DNA of 63,503 nt, the filler included, from Rhabdomonas costata (taxonomy: Eukaryota), in assembly GCA_019059605.1 (NCBI GenBank). It is 16 parts of 16 records of this genome, joined end to end, with 100 filler letters (N's around TTAATTAATTAA, not from the genome) between each part and the next. Parts side by side here need not be neighbours in the genome. Positions count along the whole stretch, not along the records: positions 12,044 to 15,912 come from JAHMHO010000475.1; positions 16,013 to 19,868 come from JAHMHO010000476.1; positions 19,969 to 23,846 come from JAHMHO010000477.1; positions 23,947 to 27,792 come from JAHMHO010000478.1; 12 more parts are not named here. The stretch is one strand, 5' to 3'. Numbering within the stretch: position 1 is the stretch's first letter; each line of letters starts with the position of its first letter. Position numbers and translations under genes: made by a program. Below are positions 12,220 to 25,445 of the stretch, one piece after another. The notes under the pieces were generated by a model that saw nothing but the letters and a program-made list of their open reading frames with translations, was not told the origin of the DNA and ran no database searches.

Positions 12220-15200
12220 CCTCAGGGGGCATAGGATCTGCAAGCTGGACTTCTCGCATCTTCCGCAGAATTTGCGCCGTGACAGCCCCGTGATAGATAA
12301 GTTGGCATAGCTCTCGGTACCTGGAGGTGCATATTTGCAAACGTGCAAGTTTGGAAAAACGGTCACGAAGTCTTCTTTTTCTTCTCTATCTTTTAGAGCA
12401 GAGTACAAACCTTGCCGTCACACGAGCTAAGGCAGCTTCGAGGACGCCGCGATCCGAAAGGAAGACCTGGAAGGCCATCCATGCGTAGGACCTGCACAAA
12501 GAGCGAGCAGTCAAGGCACGCGGCATAAAAACAAATGAAACCGCTGAAAAACCATAGCAGGAGGCAACACACAAAAGCGGTGAGAAAAGCTCTGAAGATC
12601 CGAGCAGTTGGGGTAAAACCTGCCCCCAGATTTGTTAGCCAGATCAGCATCCTCCAAATTATTTTCACTGCTTAGATTGATCCGAAACTCTGGAGGAGGG
12701 AATACATGCGTTGGTGAATGATGTCCGATTTGAAGCAAGACGCGCGTTATGTAATGAGTTTCCGGCTGAAGGACCAAATGAGCATGGACAAAGGTATGCC
12801 GCGAGATCAAAGTCAACGCAGACCGCACCCCGGAGGAAGGTTGTCGGAGCCCTCTGGGGGCTGCAAGCACTCCAAGGCTTTCTTGCAGTATCGCATCAGG
12901 AACTGGTACACATTTAGGTCATTGGTATTGCTCACGGGAACATTGCGGAGGGCTGCGCGGTACTCCGGAAACTCGTCCTCACTTAAAAACCTGACCAAAC
13001 CAGAATGCCCAGTCAAATCTGCAGAATACCGTACACCTTATTCCAACAATATCATCATGGACTATCGCTAAGTGATTTCCGTCCTTCACCAGCCAAAGAA
13101 GGTTGCTCGCATTGGAGACAGAAGAGCGAGATGCTATGTCCTCAGCACAGCTGGACCTCGCCAAGAACGGATTAACTCTCGAGGGGGCGGCTGTGGTGAC
13201 AAGGCGTGAGGGGAAGGAAATCTCCTGACCAACTTTCAATGGTTAGGAGATGTCAACTTCGGTTTGGACACTTATTTTAGGTGCGAAAGCGAGCGCCGCG
13301 GCGGCGGAGGGGTCGGGACGTTCTATGGGGAGGGCGATGCTCCGTTTAGCACTGCTAAGCATTAAGTGGCACGTCCACACATTTTAATGGATGACCTGTA
13401 ATCCATGCATGTTTAGGGCAAGAGGGAGGTGGCCATCGACATACGGAACGAGGGCGAATCTTAAGCTAGTTATGCTCATGTTGGGAAACGTTTCCCTTGG
13501 TTTCAGGTTTAACATCGGCAGAAGAGACTGGGGCTATCTCATCCGCAATCCCAATCATCCCAACAGTTGCAATGCAATCGATAATCGCCGCGGCAGGACG
13601 GAGGTAAACCCACCTTATTCGAAGGGCTTGCAGAAGCTTTGAAGATTCCGAAGTGCGAGTGACATACAAGTTCCTGCGATAGAGAAGTGAAACCCCAGCA
13701 ACGGACATTCAAAAAGCCACCGGTCATCACAAAGCGTGGTAAACGCAGATCAGGTTCCATAGTTGCCAATTTCAGCCAATGAGCACGAATTCCTGACCGG
13801 CGTCTCTCAGTTGCTGAGGACTACATCAGTGCCTTTTCAGATGTAAACCGAGAAGCGGCACCACTGGGAAAAGTGAAACGCTTCACTGTGCAAGCCTGCG
13901 TTCGCAGAACGCCAGCTTCAGGTGGATCTGAAAATTGCAGCGGTCATACCAAACGGGTCGCTTTCCGTTCTTGTCATTATGTTTCGGGATCCATTGTGCA
14001 TACTTGCAAAACGTGTGTCTATTTCCCGCCTTCCTACTCGAGCCAACAATCGCAGCAAAGTGCAAACTGCGCTAACCGAAGGGGTAGCTTTGGCTGGAGC
14101 AAAGCGTTTTTCTTTCGGGGGAGGGGGGAGACTTGCGGTTTTAAGTTGTCAAGGGAACTGGCTGCTATCCCACAACCNNNNNNNNNNNNNNNNNNNNNNN
14201 NNNNNNNNNNNNNNNNNNNNNNNNNNNNNNNNNNNNNNNNNNNNNNNNNNNNNNNNNNNNNNNNNNNNNNNNNNNNNNNNNNNNNNNNNNNNNNNNNNNN
14301 NNNNNNNNNNNNNNNNNNNNNNNNNNNNNNNNNNNNNNNNNNNNNNNNNNNNNNNNNNNNNNNNNNNNNNNNNNNNNNNNNNNNNNNNNNNNNNNNNNNN
14401 NNNNNNNNNNNNNNNNNNNNNNNNNNNNNNNNNNNNNNNNNNNNNNNNNNNNNNNNNNNNNNNNNNNNNNNNNNNNNNNNNNNNNNNNNNNNNNNNNNNN
14501 NNNNNNNNNNNNNNNNNNNNNNNNNNNNNNNNNNNNNNNNNNNNNNNNNNNNNNNNNNNNNNNNNNNNNNNNNNNNNNNNNNNNNNNNNNNNNNNNNNNN
14601 NNNNNNNNNNNNNNNNNNNNNNNNAAGAAGTGGAACGCTTTGTCTCAGCAGCGGAAGTCCGATGCCATAAAAATAAAACAGCAACCGTAGTGCTTCAGCA
14701 GACCCCAAGTGTCCATGCTGTTGTACTTCAGAAAAATCTGAGCACACAAACGAGCGGAAACGTATGCAGCCGTCATAAGCTCCCTTCTCCCATTATCTTG
14801 TCTTTGAGAGGGAATGGGGTGGGTACATGGGGTACCATGTGAATTCATTCGGTACTATGTACATTGCGTTTGTTTCAGCAATGCCCGAAGCGGAGTGGTA
14901 GATAGGACAAGGGGTCTTGGGCAAAGAGTGATAGAATGGAATGTGTATGTCATCATGGTAAACGCTTGTGATTACGTGTATACCACAACCAACACAACGG
15001 CACATCGGTAACAACCTGATCTCCCGGTTCGTAGTCACGAGAGGCAGTGACCTCAAACATCCTCGAGCTCACGTCAAACCCGTTTTCCGTCTGTGAAAAA
15101 ACCCACACGGTGACTATGAATAATCTTGCATGGGGGTGACAAGATGCATACAGGTCCGGAGCCCGGGGCCACTATTCGAGCCCGGGATACGCTTCCAACA

Positions 15201-15543
15201 GTTAAGGTATTTCATATTTTTTCCCACCATCGAGGCGACAGAAAGTCCACCTCTCCATCCAAGCGATGGTTCATCATGTCGGCCAGGGGAACCAGAGCCC
15301 AGTCAGAGGCGTCCTCTTGGCTGCCGCCCTCGCGCCCCTCATTCTTTGCAGCATCCTCCTCATCCTCCTCATCCTCCTCTTCTTCGTCGTCCTCATCCTC
15401 GTCCTCCAGCGACTCTTCTACAAGGTCTTCCCCTCGACGCTCTGGCCCCCCGGCGGGCGGCTGCTTCACCTCAGGCTCCGACGGGCTCCCTTTTCGCGCA
15501 GCTCGGCCTGGTCGGAGATGGGGCTCTAAGGAAGAAAAGGTAC
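12220..15543 (-). CDS. SET-domain protein lysine/histidine methyltransferase (SETD3/SETD4/SETD6/Rubisco-LSMT class), partial, spliced
   Basis: Exons 15543-15251 (acidic insert then ALVPLADMMNH), 15090-15016 (FEVTASRDYEPGDQ) and 14737-14686 (IFLKYNSMDTWGLLKHYG). Downstream LSMT substrate-binding-like exons lie at about 13770-13615, 13018-12829, 12490-12411 and 12319-12220. Confidence 0.88.
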
Positions 15544-17105
15544 CTGCGGATGAAAGGTGTGCCCAATTTTATATTCAGTTATCCCTTGTTCTACGCGAAT
15601 TAAGGCAATGACAAACGGCATACCTTCAGCAGTGTATCTTTTTTTTAGGGGACACGTGCATTGCCTCTTAACCCCCTGAGAGATCAATAAAAGGATACGA
15701 TCAGCTTAGAGCCCTGCAGGGGACCATCCATAACAGCCGCCACTCTAAGGGGGCACTTCTGGCCAGAACACGCTTTCGGAACCAGGGGAACCCGTTTGCA
15801 CGTCCATACCTAACAAAAGGTGACAGAGGGGAGTTAGGGGTTTTTTCTTTTTCGGGTTTCAATCGGCTAATGTGCGTGGGAGAATGATTTGGAATGAGTG
15901 AAACCCAAAAACNNNNNNNNNNNNNNNNNNNNNNNNNNNNNNNNNNNNNNNNNNNNTTAATTAATTAANNNNNNNNNNNNNNNNNNNNNNNNNNNNNNNN
16001 NNNNNNNNNNNNGTGTTGTGGTAAATATGCCACAATTACCCCAATGCCCCTTTTCTTCTTGCAGAGGATTAGGGAGCGATGTATATGTCCTCTATAAACG
16101 TGTCCTCATACAAATGGGTCACTGCGGTGGTTAGCCGTCAATACTTCAAGCTTTCCGCTCATCTCCTTTCGCAAACCGAAAGAGACTGCATCTAACTGCA
16201 TCTGAAATAAAAAGTAGGTTCCAGAAAAAACTGTCGTGTTATGTTCATCCCAAAGTTACGCCCCCTTCCCAAAGGCATACATGCAGATCCTTATTTTATT
16301 GCAGTTGACAACTCTCCACAGAAAGAATCGATGAAGACTAAAACGTGTCAATAAAAGGTGTCACGGTGTAATTTTTCTTCATCGATCCTCATTGGGAGAA
16401 AAGGCAGTGAAAGCAACTGAAAGGGCGTGTACACAAGAAGAGTTATCTCTCTCCCACAAAAAGAGTCATCACACCTTGGGGCAGGTGCACTGCGGCCTCC
16501 CTCAGGACGCGGTAGCAGGGCCGTGGTTGCGAGCCCAGTGGACCCACGGTCATCGCAACCTATTAAATTGTATCGTCGTCTTGTGAGAACACGGCAAAAT
16601 AAGGTGGGTGTTCGCCAGTACGTTTAGCATATCACATACGCACGAGAAAGGGACAAAGCAAGTAACAGAATATGTTGGCATTCTGGACTGAGTTCCACAG
16701 CTAACGGCATATCACCAAAATCCGCCCCCAGCTGACCAGACCTTCTTCCGAGCAGCTAGCAGATGCCTTGTTTCAGCATCGGTGCGAGGAGTCCACCCAA
16801 GTAAGAAGCACGCCAGTCAAACAATCTGTGGGTCGGATATTTTTGCCCCTCCCTTCAAGCCTTTCAGAGACTTCTCGCACCATCAGTATGGAAAATTAAA
16901 CCTACAGAACAAATTCACGCAGCAACGGAAAATCAGCGACTTTACTTACCAGTTGTAATTACCAAGCAATGCATCCAATCAGTTGGATGACGCCCACTGT
17001 CAGGTCAAAGTTATACCCCCGCCTCCGTCCTTCAAGTATCAGCACCGTTTTCCTGACCCGAAATAATGCCCTCGCCAGAAAGAAATGCTGATAAACAGAA
17101 CACAC

Positions 17106-19868
17106 CGGCGTGAGAACGAAGTTAAACCGGGCCTTTTCCATCACTTCCTCGTCCACCAGAACGTCCACCTTTGTCCTTGTGGCCAGCTGCATCAGCTCCC
17201 ACGCCAAATGCATTGCCGGGCCTAGGGCGTTCGCCGTCCTCAGCCTCCAGCACCCCATAGATCCCGTAAGCAGCCGTCCGGTCGCGATCCCCGCGCTGAA
17301 TGGAATCCTCGGAGCCTCTTCACAGATAAGCAGACGTCGCGCGGCGGCAACAGCGGCGGTTACATGGGTGCTGCGCTGATAGAGCACGGCCAGGCGGTCT
17401 CCAAAGAGGCAAACGAGGAGCCCAGTGCCAAGGCAGAGTCGAGAGGCGGTAAGCACCTCTTCCATCTCATTAGCAAAGGCTACTGGGGTCCTGGCGCTGC
17501 AAAAGAAGAAGGGGGGCATAGGACGGGGGAGAAAGGACACAGCCAAAACGATAAATGCACTCATCGGACTGTTAAACGATTAAACAATTAACGGTTGAAC
17601 AGTGAGGTATGAGACTAGACTATTTCGTATTGCGGTTCCTTTCCTCGGAATTTCTGTTGGTGACTTTGCCCGGGAAGGGCTATGAACGGCTCCCAGGAGA
17701 CTGCACAACAAACACGACGGAGCTATTTTAGTGGCGAAGCCCAGCGCCGCAGCGACCAGTCCGCGGCGGGGCCGGAGTGATCGGGAGTGGGTTTTTTCGT
17801 GGTCATGCGCACTAAAAGCGACAAATGAAGGGGTTATTTCGGGGGGCCAAGCCTATCCCAGGTTTTTACCTCACTGTCGTTAAAAAGTCCCACCCCTCCC
17901 ACCCACCCACACCCACACCAAAAGAAAGAATGATGCATTGTACCCCTTATGACAATTTCCCAAACCCCAAATGCATCGGACCGAAGTCGTAAGAACTCAT
18001 AAGAAAGTGACCAGAAAAAAATGCAAATGACAACTCAAGTAAACAGGGGGTAATGTGAAAATTCGTCAGTTAAGAAAAGTAAACGAAACATCACCTTCCC
18101 GCAAAACACACCGCTGCCTTTCATGGGTTCCCCAGTAGTTGATGTAAAGCACAGTGCCAAACTGGAAGAAGACGCAGGAGAACTCCTCCCGTGGTGACGC
18201 ACTGCTCGGGCCCGAATGAGATTCGCGCATGGTCCCAGACGGCAGCCTGGTGGTGCTTCCTCCCTTGTCGGAGCCTTCCGAAAGAGGAAGCTCCCCACTT
18301 CCATAGATCGATTCCCGAGGAGAAGTGGATGGAGGTAAGGGATGAAAACCGGAACTGTGTTGGTGAAGCAGGCCCTGAGGCAAAAAGGGCTTGTACCGAG
18401 TCAGGCAACGAACCATGACGGCAAAGGAGTGCTGGATGAGACAGAGCTCATAAAAGATGGAGGGGGTGGTTTCCCCAACCCTCCCCATTTCCATCCCTGC
18501 AACCGAGCGCAGTTCCTGGGACAACCGGCACACCACCCGAGCGACCCCCAGCACAACGCTCACAGCGCTCACAAGAGACCCGCAAATGACAATCGAAAGC
18601 ACAACCACGGTGAGGCGCTTGGAGGCCTGCACCGAGTTGGCCGTGGAGGTGCTCTGCTCCACCAGTACGTTCGTGCTGTGAGAGAGCTCAGTAAGCACCT
18701 CCGCTGTGGCTGCAGTCACGGTTAAGGCCTCACTTCCCGAGGCCAAAGCCTGAGAAAGATTCTTTGAAGAGAAGCTGACCTTATGGATAAAATCATTCAG
18801 TCCGGTCACTTGACAAGCCAAGAGCCGCAGCCCTAACCGCTTCAAGACGTAGGTACTGAGAATAAAACAGTTCCCAGTGTGGTTGAACGTGACCAAGGTT
18901 GTAGGGACATTTTGGATGCCCTGAAACTTGGTTTGGAGATACTCAACACTGGCCTGAACTCTGTATTCGGGAAACAAATCCACTGGGTAGCCTGGATGAA
19001 CATGGTCCTGCTTAACATCGTGATAAAACAAGGGCACGCCCGCACAAGTGTGGGCAATGACCACGGCGCCAACGTCTGACAGATCCAGCAGGAATGCCAC
19101 TGACCCCTGCGAGATCAGGCTGCGCTGCAGCAGTTCGCTGAGGAACTCCATCTCCAGGTCCGCTCCCACAAGGTATACAACCTGCCCGGCCTCAGCTTTT
19201 CCCTTTACACAGCTGAAAAGCAGACGTGGGGGCCGCGCCACCCCGACTACGACATCCACAAAGACGTATCGCCTCCAAAACACACCAATATCGACAATGC
19301 CTTCCATCTGTCGCGGGGTTGGAACAAGAACGGTCACATTGTTGTCCTTCCCCAAAAGGCTTGCTGGGCTCAATGTGGGGTCGAGGCTCCAGTAAATGTA
19401 CCGCTGATCGCTCCCCATTGCATACAGCGCGTAGCTGGGGTCCATGGCCCAACCGCAGTCAGTAAACATTCCCGGGATCGCTGGGTTCGGCTCATCAAGG
19501 TAAATGTACTTGAAGAATGACGGGAATGAAACAAGCTGCTCTACAATCTCCTGCATGACGCGAACGGTAGTCGTCGTGGTGTTTAGGTCCGGATTGCAGG
19601 TGACGAGGTACCCCCTCCGCAAAGCCAGCGAAAGACTGTCCGTTACTCCTTCGGCGGCGTCCAAGCGGGCGCTGATGACAGACTGCATTTGTTCCATGGA
19701 ATTGGAGTGCAGCCTCAGCGCCAGTCCGCTGACGAGACTTTCGACGCTTCCAATTGACTCCAGCCCAGCCCTTGCAAAAACCCCAGAGGCAATTGAAGAC
19801 CACACAGATGAGTTCACAACTTCGTGCGCCGCAGACACAGTCTGCTGAACCACGTTAACCCCCCCCAC
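17106..19868 (-). CDS. Receptor-type class III nucleotide cyclase-like protein with degenerate catalytic domain, partial
   Basis: Long exon 19868-18112 encodes a Cache-like extracellular region, a TM helix, a HAMP-like ...SIFYEL...SFAVMVRCLTRYKPFLP segment and GTVLYIN. A phase-2 GT-AG intron leads to exon 17496-17106 with FGDR, AGIATGRLLTGSMGC and LGPAMHLAWEL. Confidence 0.82.
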
Positions 19869-19969
19869 NNNNNNNNNNNNNNNNNNNNNNNNNNNNNNNN
19901 NNNNNNNNNNNNTTAATTAATTAANNNNNNNNNNNNNNNNNNNNNNNNNNNNNNNNNNNNNNNNNNNNG

Positions 19970-20098
19970 TTTTTGAACACGCAACGCTGTGTGTATGCCT
20001 TGATGCTCATTGCTCAGCCAGGGACCCAACAACGCTCACGGAATGAGAGAATAAAGAATGAGCGTCAAGGCATACACACAGCGTTGCGTGTTCAAAAA
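19970..20098. repeat. 42-bp inverted repeat with 45-nt spacer at scaffold start
   Basis: 19970-20011 is the reverse complement of 20057-20098 with one mismatch. Confidence 0.92.
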
Positions 20099-20844
20099 GA
20101 CGAAAGGATCAAAAGGCGTTGGGGTATCAGCCAACGCAAATACAAGTGCTAATTGGTGTCAGTAATTAATTAAGTAACCACGCCATTGGGCACTCAAAGT
20201 TGCGGGCATTTTGAGCAGAGAATGCCGGATTTCTTTTCAATATATTGTAGCAATGCACGTTCACTGATCTGTACTTAAGTCTATTATAGACGCGCGTTTG
20301 TTTTGTAACAGGTGTGCGAGTGCGTGTGTGTGGATGGTGGGTTGGTTTCATGAATTTGGGATGTTTGCAATTCAAGTCCATGGTTTTGAATTGCCTTCTG
20401 CGGGAACTTCGCAGCTTGCAACTTGCTTGCAGCTTGGACTCCAGAAGGGACTAATGGGGTGACGGAAGGAGAAAGGCGTGAATGGGGATATATATGCGAA
20501 CGGAATTAATCAGAGAGAGAAACACAAAGGGCAAGATAAGAGTGTTTAGATGAGAATTTCATAGGGCTGGGCGGTCTGTAGGTACTAATTGTTGTTGTAA
20601 TAGTTGATCTAACGTACCATGCAAACGCAAGCACCCGCAAGGCGGGTGGAAAAGAACAAAAGGGGACGTAGCCAGCAAAACGAATTATCCACGACAAAAG
20701 CACAGACATGTCACATGTTGGATTTCCAGAAAAGAGGCCGGAGCAGCCCCGAAGGAGGGCAGACGCAGCAGATAAGAAACTCCACCACGCAACATACCAT
20801 GCACAGCACTCTGTGCGACTGAAAAGCAAGGAGATAGGACACAC

Positions 20845-21575
20845 CACAAGCTCCGGGTTCAGGTTAAACTTGTCGAGAATCAGGCTTCGTGTAATCGCGG
20901 TGCAGTACAAAGTTCCATTGGACCAGCTGGGGCAAAGCCCTCCGGTGTGGTCTGATTAAGTCCCGGCAATAACCCCTGACCACCCCCAAAGATACAGCAA
21001 AGAGGAAATTGGTGCTAGCACACCGAGGTGGAGCTGCGGTGCTAGCATTCTGTTGGTTCTCTTATGAGTAGCAAGCAAGGGGGGACCCACAAAAAGTCCC
21101 AAAAAGACACCCGATATCGGCCAATCTCGCTTCCTGGTTGAAGGACAAACTAATTAGATCAGCTCGGCCGTGGCGGGAAAAAGGCCAGATAACATTACAT
21201 TTTGCTATGAAGAATAGTAGGGGTGAAAAACTGACGTTTGAGCCTAACCTACCACTCAGCTCGTCATCAGGTCTGCGTAAGGTGTTAGGCTCCGGTAGTT
21301 TGGGACCATGAGACACGTTGTCCTAGGGAGTACGAGGAAGCTTCCACTGTTTGGAAAACTGACTGGCTGTTTAGTTTTTTTTAGACGACTGCAAGGATTC
21401 CCAGAAGGTGCAGACACTGCTTGCGGCATCGTACGATTCAGTACTGATGACCTACACAGAGACAGTCTGGGGTACTTGTGCGCGAACCTGTATGAATGTG
21501 GGTGAGAAAGTACACGGAAACCCCCGTGTGGTAAAAGAAGTCGTCTATGGCGATGGGAGTAAACGGAAGTCTCAT
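20845..21575 (-). CDS. SNM1/Apollo/Artemis (DCLRE1)-family metallo-beta-lactamase nuclease, N-terminal part
   Basis: Exons 21575-21488 and 20951-20845 give MRLPFTPIAIDDF...YFLTHIHT-DHTGGLCPSWSNGTLYCTAITRSLI. The HxHxDH motif is split by a phase-1 intron, and YCxxIT follows. Confidence 0.88.
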
Positions 21576-23810
21576 TATAATCACGGCTTTAGAAAAAAAG
21601 ACATAAACCTGAAATCGATATGCGATGCAGGACAAAGGGTACATAAAATACTGCTGTCTTTCAAAAGAAAGGGGTGGCAGTAGAAGATCAGCTCAAAAAA
21701 CTAGCACATTCGATGGGCACCAGTGGAACCCAGCTTCTTCAGAAACCAGTGGTTCAGCACCGTGCTGCAGGTTTTGACCTTTCACCTTCGCTTTCCTCTC
21801 ACTTGCGATCATTATGAGTATACGATAATTCAAGGATAATTCAAAAAACGAATTTCCTTGCCTGCTCTTAAAGATGGGGGGGGGGGAGCATAACCGGCGG
21901 TGTCAGCTTTTGAGAACATAAAATGAGAAATGCCTCAGCACAAAAAAAACGGAACAGCATTGCCATTTGCTGTTGTTTGCAGCTGTTATTTTCCCAACAA
22001 AAAAAGCCCTGGTCGCCTAAAAGTGCAATCCTTCGAAAACCCCAATCCTCAGTCGGCCACTCTGGCCGCGCCACGGCGGCAGCATCACTATGCTGGCCAA
22101 CAAAAATATACCCGTCCCAGTTGTCCATTATACTCTGACAACAACATTTCCAGTCATTTACCACCCCAGAAAGCTAAAAGTACTGCATGTTTTGCACGGC
22201 AATTTTTTTTGGCTCCTTACAAATCCCAAAACAATTACTATTTCACCCGACTTATAACAAAATACCACCAACACAAATAACGGAGAAAACCAAAACGCAG
22301 CACATCCACATCGGTTTTCCCGTTGCCTTGAGGGACCAGCCGAAAGCAGTGGAACTGTACACGAAGGAAATGCTAACACATGCACATGGACCCCAAGATG
22401 CATGTGTCGCAAACGAGGGAACAGGGGGAGGGGAGTGTCCCGAGCCCTCCTGTATGGTCTTCTACCAGCATACATTTCGATTGTCAAAAAGGCTTGGAGG
22501 GAGACAGCAAAAACGAAAGTACGCGTTGACGCTGATTCAAAGGATTCATCGGGCACTAACAGCGTACTTGCGGCACAAAACAGGACGTGCTAGGGGTTCC
22601 GTACGGGATCGAATCTCGGAGGGAACCAACACCACACACACGTGACGCCTGCCATACCTCCGCCTATTCCGGGATAGAGTGCACGGGTTAGGGTCAGCTT
22701 GCCCATATCCCTCTCCTCTCCGAAGCTCAAATAAGACAAGTACATACATACGGGGAGCACCAAAAGAAAAGCCACACAAAAAGGGGAGTATACAAGATCC
22801 ATCCTGGCGTCCCACACAAAAAGACGGCATATGAGGCCTGCAAAAAGACGCTCGTCACGAGGGAGGAGTGAGGCCGAGGGGTGGGCAACCAACCGAAACA
22901 CGGTATACGCGACCAAATCACAATAAATTGATCGCATACACAGGATCGCGCGGCAAGAAAAAGAGCACAAAGTCCCGTCACCACTTTCACAAGAGGAACA
23001 AATGGTGGTGGTAGAGGTTTCTTTCGAGACAAGTGATTTTTCCGCTTCACATGGACGAGATTTTAATTGTTTGTTTGCAGTCAAAGGGGACCAGTGCGTT
23101 CGAGGGGTAAAAGGGATAAAAGGTTCATCGGTTATCGCAGCTCAAGCCGAACCTTTTCCAGAAAATGCGGGACAAAGGCAGCGTACATGGACCACTTTGG
23201 CAGGGAACCTCAAGGGAACGTCAAAAAATGGCATTCAACCGACGGACTGAAGCTGGCCTCGCGAGACAGGAGAGAAGTTCTGCTGGAGAAAGAGAGAAGG
23301 ATGCAGTAGCAAACACATACCAGGTGTCCGATTTTATATTTGATAGGTATTTTCAATAACCCCTTACAGGTGAAGTAAGGAAGTTAACCGCCCTACACAA
23401 CCTACCTTGTCCGTAGAGAACGTGGCCATTCAGCCCGCCGGTGTCTCCGCCAGCGCAGAGGACACATGGGGATCTCCTTTCCAAAATAATAGAAATTCCT
23501 TTTAATCCGCAAAAAAAAGTCTTTTATCCAACTTTCTTTCAGAACTGGCTCATAATTCTACAAGCGAAACGGAGTACATACCCACCTGCAATAACCACAC
23601 TCGCAACTCAAGCTAAAATCTTTATTCAAAAACAATTTTAATTACATTTTAACTGGGACACCCGATATTGACTTAATTTCAGGGGCTATCATACAGAACG
23701 AAAGACAAAAACGCACAACAATTGTCGCCAGAATGTTTACGCGCAAAAGTACAAAAAACGAGCAAGAACCCAGCCAAAAAAAACACGGTCACCATCACCA
23801 TCACGTAAAA

Positions 23811-23836
23811 CATCACATCACATCACATCACATCAC
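23811..23836. repeat. (CATCA)n microsatellite near scaffold end
   Basis: Five tandem CATCA units. Confidence 0.85.
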
Positions 23837-25445
23837 ACCCAACACANNNNNNNNNNNNNNNNNNNNNNNNNNNNNNNNNNNNNNNNNNNNTTAATTAATT
23901 AANNNNNNNNNNNNNNNNNNNNNNNNNNNNNNNNNNNNNNNNNNNNGGGGGGTGGTTGGGGAGGGGCCGTTGCCTGGGGAAGTGAATACTAGGGAGAATC
24001 ATTGAAATGAAAGATCGGATCCACTGCACATGCCCCATTCCGAAGGAAGCCTTGACCTTGCGTTTCTTCCTGTTTATTCTGGGGGTTTGGGGAAGCAGAG
24101 TCGTGCCAAAGAAAATTGAGTCCAGGGGTGCTGGGATTTTTCCCCTGTCGGAGTGACCGTTGTATCACCCTTCCCGTGAGTACCCCGTAAACTTATTCCC
24201 GACATTGGTCACTGATTTATCTTCACACGGGTTGGTTTGAGTTAGATTGACCAAGTCGGGTTGAAGCAGCGCACCTGTTTTATGTCTCGCCCCCAGTCTA
24301 GCTCCAACTGCAGCTTTGTGGTAAAGAACCAAGCCAAAGGTACATGAGAGTGATACTCAACAACTTGGACCAGCACATAAAACACGCAACTATCTCAGCT
24401 CAAAGAGTAACGATCCAGGATAGAGCAGAAAGAAATCGCAACAAATCAGGATGAAACTCACAACACTGCCACAAGATTTTCTTGTTTTTTTCAAGGTGAC
24501 TCCTATTGGATTCAAAACCGGTGATCACGGAGCGAAAACACAATTGGGTCACTCAACCGGACGGCGCGATCGCGATTCCCCTAAGCGTAAAGGCTTGATC
24601 TGTAAAAAGGTCCTCGACATGGAGGAAAAGTAGTCCTTTGGGTGAATCTTTCGAATTTTTGGAGTATGTGATCACGGTGTGTGCGGCCCTGTTTGGACTA
24701 TGGAGATTGCGGTAAGGCTTTTTTGCTGAAAAAAATTGAAATGTCCAGAGATTTTTTCTAAAAGTGGTGGAAAGGAACAGGAGAGAACAGCAAAAACCTG
24801 AAAACACAGGCGATTTTCGACAAAGGAGTCTTGGGCAAGCAGGACAGGTGGGAAGCGGTGGCTGAATGACGCGGGTTAGACGCAGCAGTGGAAAACTGCA
24901 TCAAGGGAACCGTTTCTGGAGGGAGAGTTCTGTGCGGGAGCGCAACACAACGCACCGAACTAAACTAATTCAAACACCACAAAAACCAAAAAACAGTCCA
25001 ATGCCGCGAATTGTTTACCTCATCATTTTTAGGGGCACAAAGTGCTTGAGGCTGCTGCGGAATTCAGACAACTTTTACTGAGAGGGACGACCCCGCCCTA
25101 CAGGATTACAAAGGTTAAAAGAGGTCAACAACGACATGGGCACAGTGCCTGGGACCGGCAGTCCTGTTGTGTAGTGAAGTGGTGCTCTGCGGCTCACAGC
25201 AGAATTTTTGGGGATCTCCATGCGGGCGCCCAGTAGAAAATGCCATTCGCAAAAGGCTCACGTGTTCATCTTTGGCTCATTTGCATCCGTCCACCCCCCT
25301 AAGGACCAGCTCTCCTTTGCCGAGCGTTTTTCGACCTGGGACAGCACCCTCTCCCTCCCTTCCTTTTCCCGATGGATCATTGTGTAAATTAGTTTTTCTT
25401 TCTATTCTAGTCCTTGTTGCCCCGTTTTCTCCTTCCCTGGTCAGA

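Noticed and set aside
13873-14842. Long ORFs in the supplied track spanning N runs (also 32956-33513 and the 564-aa ORF start at 61298)
   Set aside because: Their length comes from X codons across gaps, so they are not evidence of coding sequence.
15212-15611. Plus-strand poly-Ser and His/Pro ORFs
   Set aside because: They are antisense shadows of the Glu/Asp-rich insert in the SET-domain exon.
18066-18112. Apparent in-frame TGA stops ending the cyclase ORF and the OST3 ORF at 56783, suggesting an alternative genetic code
   Set aside because: Both stops fall inside canonical GT-AG introns once exons are joined, so the standard code is sufficient.
22158-23330. Possible minus-strand exons upstream of the SNM1 gene (similarly 24200-24700 and 31880-32060)
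   Set aside because: Splice-like signals are present, but I could not build a phase-consistent model or recognise a domain.
23790-23970. G/T-rich scaffold starts and C/A-rich scaffold ends resembling telomeres or nanochromosome ends
   Set aside because: There is no constant repeat unit and genes are cut mid-exon or mid-intron at these ends. Assembly breaks at low-complexity CA/GT tracts explain it better.
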